NCBI GenBank assembly: GCA_963668315.1
Contig: OY764216.1
Coordinates: 2,720,001-2,784,000, forward strand
Direction: 5' to 3'
Source: Spirochaetia bacterium
Lineage (GTDB): Bacteria; Spirochaetota; Spirochaetia; DSM-2461
Length of the DNA: 64,000 nucleotides
Positions 58,208 through 64,000 of this stretch are shown in pieces (positions within the stretch are counted from its first letter, which is position 1; each line of letters begins with the position of its first letter). The notes beneath the pieces are model-generated. The model ran no database searches, had not been told where the DNA came from, and saw nothing but the letters and a program-made list of their open reading frames with translations. Made by a program: the position numbers and the translations under genes.

Positions 58208-58483
58208 AAATTGTAAGAAAACGATGGTTTTTCCATAAGAATTATTCTCCCTTTTTTCCCTGATGAAGGGAGAAAAATTATTTCCAATCACTGGGAGTGT
58301 AAAAAAAATGGATTTCGATGATATTTTTTGTTTATTTATAAATAAATATCCGAATGTCTTTTAAATGATTCTAATATAACGAAATAAAATAAAGATAATA
58401 TTTACTCTGATCATCGCTTTTTCATGATAATGACAACGGTTTTCTGTATAGAAACTCTTCTGTTAAATATTTGTAAAAAAAAA

Positions 58484-58542
58484 TTGACAGAATATAAATT
58501 CCCTGTTATCGTGATGTAAGTGCTTACATGAAAGCACTTGCA
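58484..58542 (+). promoter_or_regulatory. Promoter with two LacI-type operators
   Basis: TTGACA-17bp-TATCGT; ATGTAAGTGCTTACAT (58514-58529) and TGAAAGCACTTGCA (58529-58542). Confidence 0.8.
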
Positions 58543-58558
58543 AAAAAGGGGGGGGAGT

Positions 58559-59557
58559 ATGAAACCGAAAGCAAATATCTACGCGGTTGCCGAAAAGGCG
58601 AATGTCAGTATCGCCACCGTCTCCCGCCTGATGAATTCGCCGGAGAAGGTTTCCAGCAAAACCCGGGAGCGGGTCATGGCCGCCATGGAGGAATTGAACT
58701 TTTCCCCCAATGCGGAAGCCGTGGCAAAGGCCCGGAAGGGCGTAAAGAGAATCGGGATTCTTTCCCCCTATTTCACGGCACCCTCCTTCATTCAGAGAAT
58801 CAGAGGGGTCCAGCGGGTCATAGCGCAGACCGGGTATGACCTGGTCACCTATTCCGTGGAAAGCAAAGAACATCTGAAGTCCAACCTGGATATGCTGCCC
58901 GTTTCTAACCGGATTGACGGGCTCATCAATATGTCTCTGCCCTTGACGAAAAAAGAGATAGACCGTTTTTTTGACAACAGCATCCCTATCATCAGCATAG
59001 AAACGGAGCTTCCCGGCGTATCAAGTATTACCATCGATGACCACCTGGGCGGCAAGCTGGCAGCGTCCCATCTTCTGGATAAGGGTTATAAGAACCTGGC
59101 CTTCATCGGTGAGAAAGGACAGCCGGCCTATACTCTGCATAACAACAAAGAGAGGCTGGACGGATATCGTGACGAGATAGAGAGAAGGGGTGAAAAACTC
59201 CAGAGCAGAAATGTCCGGCATCACTTTTACGGGCTGGAAAACAGCGAGGAGTGCATATCTGAGATGCTTTCCCGCCGTGACAGGCCGGACGGAATCTTCT
59301 TTTCTTCCGACCTGCAGGCCATGGTGGCCCTCAAGGTCGCCAGGGAGTTACATATCTCCGTTCCCGACCAGCTCGGGATCATCGGATTCGATGATATCGA
59401 TGTCAGCGAGTATATGGGAATAACTACCGTCAGACAGGCCCTGGATGACTCGGGCAGTATGGCGGCGGATATGCTGCTTGATATTCTTAAAACCGGAGAA
59501 TACAAACAAAAGCATATCACTTTCGATCTGGAAGTCATCGAACGAGTAACAACGTAA
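58559..59557 (+). CDS. LacI-family regulator
   Basis: IYAVAEKANVSIATVSR, VPDQLGIIGFDD. Confidence 0.95.
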   Translation: MKPKANIYAVAEKANVSIATVSRLMNSPEKVSSKTRERVMAAMEELNFSPNAEAVAKARKGVKRIGILSPYFTAPSFIQRIRGVQRVIAQTGYDLVTYSVESKEHLKSNLDMLPVSNRIDGLINMSLPLTKKEIDRFFDNSIPIISIETELPGVSSITIDDHLGGKLAASHLLDKGYKNLAFIGEKGQPAYTLHNNKERLDGYRDEIERRGEKLQSRNVRHHFYGLENSEECISEMLSRRDRPDGIFFSSDLQAMVALKVARELHISVPDQLGIIGFDDIDVSEYMGITTVRQALDDSGSMAADMLLDILKTGEYKQKHITFDLEVIERVTT

Positions 59558-59601
59558 TTACGATCTGTCTTTGACAGTTCAGATTTAATAGGAGGATTTA
59601 A

Positions 59602-60879
59602 ATGAAAAGATTATTAATCTTTTTACTGGTTCTGCCCGTGGCTTTTCTCGCGGCAGAAGGACAAAGCGACACAAATTCAAAAGAAAAATCAGAGATTGCC
59701 GGCGTTTCTATACAGATGCTGAACTCTAAAGGTGAAATCCAGTCTTCTCTCGAAGAAATGGCTGCCCTTTTCAATGATGAAACCGGGGCCAACCTGGAAA
59801 TATTGGGTCTTGGTGCCGGACAGTCTCCCTTTGAGAAGATCCTGTCCCTCTATGCTTCGGGCAATGCTCCCGCTCTGTACATGGGCGATGCCATGGACCT
59901 GATCAAGCTTCAGGATAAGTTCATGGATCTCTCCGGAGAGAAATGGATCGCCGACGCTTCCGAAGGCATGCTTACCGCCGTTACCGAAGGCGATACGGTT
60001 CTGGGTTTCCCCCTGACCGTGGAAGGATTCGGTTTCATCTACAACAAGAGTGTTATTGAGGCGGCCGGTGTGGATACGTCTTCCATCAACACCATTGACG
60101 CACTGGAAGAAGCTTTCGAGAAAGTGGAAGCCTCCGGAAAGGGCGCCCTCGTTATCTCTCCCATGGACTGGTCTCTGGCCGCCCACTACCTGGGAATCGG
60201 TTATGAGACGGGTGATGCCGATGGTTATGCTGCGCTCTTCGAAGACCTCAAGAGCGGTGCCGTTTCCACGGCCGACAACAAGGGAACCAAGGGAATCATC
60301 AATACCTTCGATGTTATGATCAAGCACAATGTCGGAGCCGGAGATCCCCTTGCCGTTACCTACGAAAAGGGACCCGAGCTGCTCGGTATGGACGAAATCG
60401 GTTTCTGGTTCATGGGCAACTGGGCCTGGCCCCAGATCGAAAGCTTTGCTGAGCCCGGTGCGGAATTCGGTTTCATTCCCGTTCCCATCAGCAACGACCC
60501 CGCCGATTACGGCAACACTCAGATTTCCGTAAGCCCCAGTAAGTTCGTTGCCCTCGACATGACCCAGAATGATGCAGCCCAGCAGAAAGCCGCCCAGGAA
60601 TTCCTGAACTGGATGGTCTATGACGAAGACGGGCAGGACGCTCTTGTCAACGGCTGTAACGTCATTCCCGCTTTCAACAACGTGACTCTCCAGCCCATGG
60701 ATCCCCTTGGAAAGGACATCAAAAAGTACCTGGGTGAGGGTAATACGATCCCCTTCGTAAACTCTCCCCCCGATCACTGGTCCGTAGTCGGAGCCTTCAT
60801 GCAGAAGTATCTTGCCGGCAAAATGACCAAGGCTGAGCTTTTCTCTTCCATCGATAACTACTGGGTAAATCTGGAATAG
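59602..60879 (+). CDS. CUT1 solute-binding protein
   Basis: AGGAGG SD, signal peptide, GFPLTVEGFGFIYNK, MGNWAW. Confidence 0.9.
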   Translation: MKRLLIFLLVLPVAFLAAEGQSDTNSKEKSEIAGVSIQMLNSKGEIQSSLEEMAALFNDETGANLEILGLGAGQSPFEKILSLYASGNAPALYMGDAMDLIKLQDKFMDLSGEKWIADASEGMLTAVTEGDTVLGFPLTVEGFGFIYNKSVIEAAGVDTSSINTIDALEEAFEKVEASGKGALVISPMDWSLAAHYLGIGYETGDADGYAALFEDLKSGAVSTADNKGTKGIINTFDVMIKHNVGAGDPLAVTYEKGPELLGMDEIGFWFMGNWAWPQIESFAEPGAEFGFIPVPISNDPADYGNTQISVSPSKFVALDMTQNDAAQQKAAQEFLNWMVYDEDGQDALVNGCNVIPAFNNVTLQPMDPLGKDIKKYLGEGNTIPFVNSPPDHWSVVGAFMQKYLAGKMTKAELFSSIDNYWVNLE

Positions 60880-60918
60880 TTCATTCGAAAACAAGATATT
60901 TAAATAAGTAGATTATCC

Positions 60919-60945
60919 ATCCTGCCTCTTCGGGGGCAGGATTTT
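60919..60945 (+). terminator. cUUCGg hairpin after SBP gene
   Basis: ATCCTGCCTC-TTCG-GGGGCAGGAT + TTT. Confidence 0.7.
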
Positions 60946-61005
60946 ACTACAGACCGATTCAGCGGTCTGGGAGCCGAAAGGTTCTTTTCATACAAGGAGA
61001 TATAT

Positions 61006-61890
61006 ATGTCACGGGACAGCGGGGCTTCAGACAATATTAAGAATTTTATGATATTTGCTGCCCCAGCCACATTCATTTTTTTCACAGTCATGATCATCCC
61101 TTTTCTCTACGGATTATTCCTGACATTTACGAACTGGGATGGAATATCCTCGGGTTTTTCCCTCGTCGGATTTGAAAATTATATAAACGTCGTCACCGAT
61201 CCGGAATTCTGGGGATCCTTTTGGATCACGGTAAAGTACGTGTTTATTTCTACCATATTAATCAACTTTATCGGATTTTCACTGGCTTACATACTCTCCA
61301 GGGGGATACCCGCTCAGAGTGTTCTCAGAATGGGATTCTTTATTCCCAATCTTGTGGGAGGTATTCTGGCCGGTTTCATCTGGCGCTTTTTCTTTTCGAA
61401 CGCCCTGGTGTTTATCGGGGAAGCCTTGAACTTCGCCCCTTTGACCACCTCCTGGCTGGGCGATCCCAACAAAGCGTTCTGGTCAATGGTCATTGTCACC
61501 GTCTGGCAATATTCCGGTTACATGATGATTATCTACATCGCCGGATTTATGAATATTCCCAAGGAGCTGATGGAAGCGGCCAGCATAGACGGGGCCAACG
61601 GCGCCGTACGCATGAAGAGCATCGTCATGCCTTTCATGGTGCCTTCTTTCATCGTCTGCGGATTCCTCTCCCTTCAGAGATGTTTCATGGTTTACGATGT
61701 GAACCTCGCCCTGACCGAAGGAGGACCCTACCGGAGCACGGAACTCATATCCATGCACGTCTATCAGCGGGCCTTCCTGACCCAGGACTACGGCGGCGGG
61801 CAGGCCGAGGCGCTGTTCCTCTTTCTTATGGTCGCCCTTATTTCGGTGTCCCAGGTTTATTTCACGAAAAAACTGGAGATAAAAGCATAA
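61006..61890 (+). CDS. Sugar ABC permease (MsmF-like)
   Basis: FTNWDG, VGFENY, EAASIDGA, TEGGP. Confidence 0.92.
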   Translation: MSRDSGASDNIKNFMIFAAPATFIFFTVMIIPFLYGLFLTFTNWDGISSGFSLVGFENYINVVTDPEFWGSFWITVKYVFISTILINFIGFSLAYILSRGIPAQSVLRMGFFIPNLVGGILAGFIWRFFFSNALVFIGEALNFAPLTTSWLGDPNKAFWSMVIVTVWQYSGYMMIIYIAGFMNIPKELMEAASIDGANGAVRMKSIVMPFMVPSFIVCGFLSLQRCFMVYDVNLALTEGGPYRSTELISMHVYQRAFLTQDYGGGQAEALFLFLMVALISVSQVYFTKKLEIKA

Positions 61891-62705
61891 TGAAAACAAA
61901 AAATATCGGCGTAACGGTCATTGTGACGATCATCTGCCTTCTCTTTGTCTGGCCCTTCGTATTCGTCATACTCAACTCTTTCAAATCGACCAGGGATTTC
62001 CTCCTGAATCCCGTGACCTTTCCCAAGGCTCTGGATTTTACCAATTACGTGCAAGCCGCGGACAAAATGCACTTTTTCTCGAGTTTCACGAACTCTCTGA
62101 TCATCACGGTCATCAGTATTTTTCTCATCACCCTGATAGCATCCATGACCGCCTGGTTTTTCGTGAGGAACAACTGGAAGATAAATCAGTATATTTTCCT
62201 TCTGATGATCGCTTCCATGATCATCCCTTTCCAGGCAATCATGATTCCCCTCGTTCAGATCTACGGATCTCTGAACATGCTCAACAGCAAGTGGTCCCTC
62301 ATCTATATGTATGTCGGCTTCGGTGTGAACCTGGCGGTATTCATGTACCACGGTTTCCTCAAATCCGTTCCCCTGGAACTGGAGGAAGCGGCCTTTATCG
62401 ACGGCTGTTCCCGCTGGCAGATCTTCATAAAAATCGTCTTCCCCATGCTTAAGACCATATCGGTGACAATTCTGATTCTTGATATGCTCTGGATATGGAA
62501 CGACTTCCTTCTTCCCAGTCTGGTGCTTATTTCCCCGGCGGAAAGGACTCTTCCCCTGTCAACCTTTGTCTTTATGGGGACCTATACGGTTAAATACGGA
62601 CTTTTAATGGCCGGTCTCATGATGACGGTTCTGCCTGTGCTCATCGTCTACCTGTTCCTTCAGAAGCAGATTATTTCCGGTATTGCGCAGGGAGCCATCA
62701 AATAG
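61890..62705 (+). CDS. Sugar ABC permease (MsmG-like)
   Basis: TAATG coupling, MKTKNIG start, EEAAFIDGC, WNDFLLP. Confidence 0.92.
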   Translation: MKTKNIGVTVIVTIICLLFVWPFVFVILNSFKSTRDFLLNPVTFPKALDFTNYVQAADKMHFFSSFTNSLIITVISIFLITLIASMTAWFFVRNNWKINQYIFLLMIASMIIPFQAIMIPLVQIYGSLNMLNSKWSLIYMYVGFGVNLAVFMYHGFLKSVPLELEEAAFIDGCSRWQIFIKIVFPMLKTISVTILILDMLWIWNDFLLPSLVLISPAERTLPLSTFVFMGTYTVKYGLLMAGLMMTVLPVLIVYLFLQKQIISGIAQGAIK

Positions 62706-62706
62706 A

Positions 62707-64000
62707 ATGACCGAAGAATGTAAAAATCCTCAGGCGATGCTGCGGGGACGGCAGGTGCACCTGGATTTCCATACCAGCGAGGCTATCGAAGGGATAGCTT
62801 CGCAGTTTGACGCCCCTTCTTTCGCCCGGACACTTTCCCGGGCGAATGTTGATTCGGTGACCTGTTTCGCCCGGTGCCATCACGGCTGGCTCTACTACGA
62901 TTCCCAGACTTATCCTCAGAATGTTCATCCCCATCTGGAGAACAGGAACCTTCTGAAGGAGCAGATCGAGGCGTGCCATAAGGAGAATATCCGCGTACCG
63001 ATCTATATCACCGTGCAGTTCGATCACCTGATCGCCGCGGAACATCCGGAATGGACGATCCTCTCCCCCGAGGGTGAACTCTACGAGACGAAGCCCTTCG
63101 AAGCGGGTTTCTACCGGTATCTCTGCCTCAATACGCCCTACACGGAGTATGTGAAGAAGATAACCGGGGAAGTCCTGGATACCTTACCGGTGGACGGGCT
63201 TTTCTTTGACATTATCTTTTACCGGGAGTGTGTCTGCCGCCACTGCGTGGAGGGGATGCTCAAGAAGGGATACGATCCGGAGAAAAAATCGGACCGTATG
63301 GCTTATAACCGGGAAGTGATATCCCGTTTCTGCCATGAGATGACCTCCTTTATCCGGGAGAAGAACAAAGACTGCACGATTTTTTACAACAGCAGTCACA
63401 TCGGCCCCCGGTCGAATGAGCTGAAGAACGCCTATTCCCACTTCGAAATTGAATCGCTGCCGGCGGGTGACTGGGGATACATACACTTTCCCTACACCTC
63501 CCGCTATACGAGAACTCTTGAGAAGCCCTTTCTGGGGATGACCGGAAAATTCCATACCTGCTGGGGGGATTTCCACTCCCTTAAGAATCAGGCCGCCCTG
63601 GAATACGAGTGCTTCACCATGCTCTCCCTGGGAGGGGGGTGCTCCATAGGCGATCAGCTTCTGCCGGGGGGCGCCCTTAATGAAGAGACCTATGACCTCA
63701 TAGGAAGCGTCTACGAAAGCGTGAAGGCCAAGGAACCCTGGTGCGTGAATTCCGAAGCGTTGACCGATATGGCCATACTCACTTCCGAAGAGGGGAGGGA
63801 CGGTCATATCATTCTTCCCGAGGATATGCTGGGAGCGGTGCGCATGCTTGAGGAGCTGGGCCATCAGTTCGATATTATTGATTCCTATGCCGATTTTTCC
63901 GCCTACGGGCTGATTATTCTGCCCGACAACGTGTCCGTGAGAGAGGATACGGCGGTAAAGCTTCGGGACTACGCGGATAAAGGGGGAAAACTTCTGGGGC
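62707..64000 (+). CDS. GH151-like alpha-L-fucosidase (beta-galactosidase trimerisation-domain family), partial
   Basis: Not in ORF track (runs off window). Manual translation: RQVHLDFHTSE, FARCHHGWLYY, LCLNTPY, DGLFFDI, EIESLP..WGY, GMTGKFHTCWGDF, SIGDQL. Confidence 0.82.
   Translation, partial: MTEECKNPQAMLRGRQVHLDFHTSEAIEGIASQFDAPSFARTLSRANVDSVTCFARCHHGWLYYDSQTYPQNVHPHLENRNLLKEQIEACHKENIRVPIYITVQFDHLIAAEHPEWTILSPEGELYETKPFEAGFYRYLCLNTPYTEYVKKITGEVLDTLPVDGLFFDIIFYRECVCRHCVEGMLKKGYDPEKKSDRMAYNREVISRFCHEMTSFIREKNKDCTIFYNSSHIGPRSNELKNAYSHFEIESLPAGDWGYIHFPYTSRYTRTLEKPFLGMTGKFHTCWGDFHSLKNQAALEYECFTMLSLGGGCSIGDQLLPGGALNEETYDLIGSVYESVKAKEPWCVNSEALTDMAILTSEEGRDGHIILPEDMLGAVRMLEELGHQFDIIDSYADFSAYGLIILPDNVSVREDTAVKLRDYADKGGKLLG

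Overview
Chromosomal window that looks like a free-living spirochaete (Spirochaetaceae-like). This is inferred from solute-binding proteins with 'FA(N/E)GxxE'-type signal peptides and many ABC transporters. I saw no CRISPR array, integrase, transposase, prophage or rRNA. Left to right: (i) a partial acyl-CoA ligase, small genes, tRNA-Pro and tRNA-Arg, then a patch of AT-richer accessory genes; (ii) threonine dehydratase, GNAT, PHP hydrolase and a PocR-sensor hybrid kinase; (iii) a peptidoglycan amino-sugar recycling cluster (nagA, nagZ, murR, AmiE-like serine hydrolase, murQ, anmK) with its own CUT1 sugar ABC transporter; (iv) an apparently uncharacterised catabolic module: Opp/Dpp ABC transporter, M20 hydrolase, an intact and a degenerate amidohydrolase, divergent AroM and DUF1177 genes, and a PucR-family regulator. 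Both divergent promoters of this module carry the same 15-bp box directly against the -35 element, and the intergenic region holds a structured segment with a Pro-rich small ORF; (v) about 28 kb of glycan utilisation genes (Asp-box protein, GH3, sulfatase, GH29, GH151-like, three CUT1 ABC systems) under ROK, two-component and LacI control, with operators readable from the DNA; (vi) scattered genes including an FMN-binding lipoprotein and an ATE1/Bpt-like aminoacyl-transferase. Several genes appear leaderless. All functional calls come from motif recognition by eye; no database search was run.
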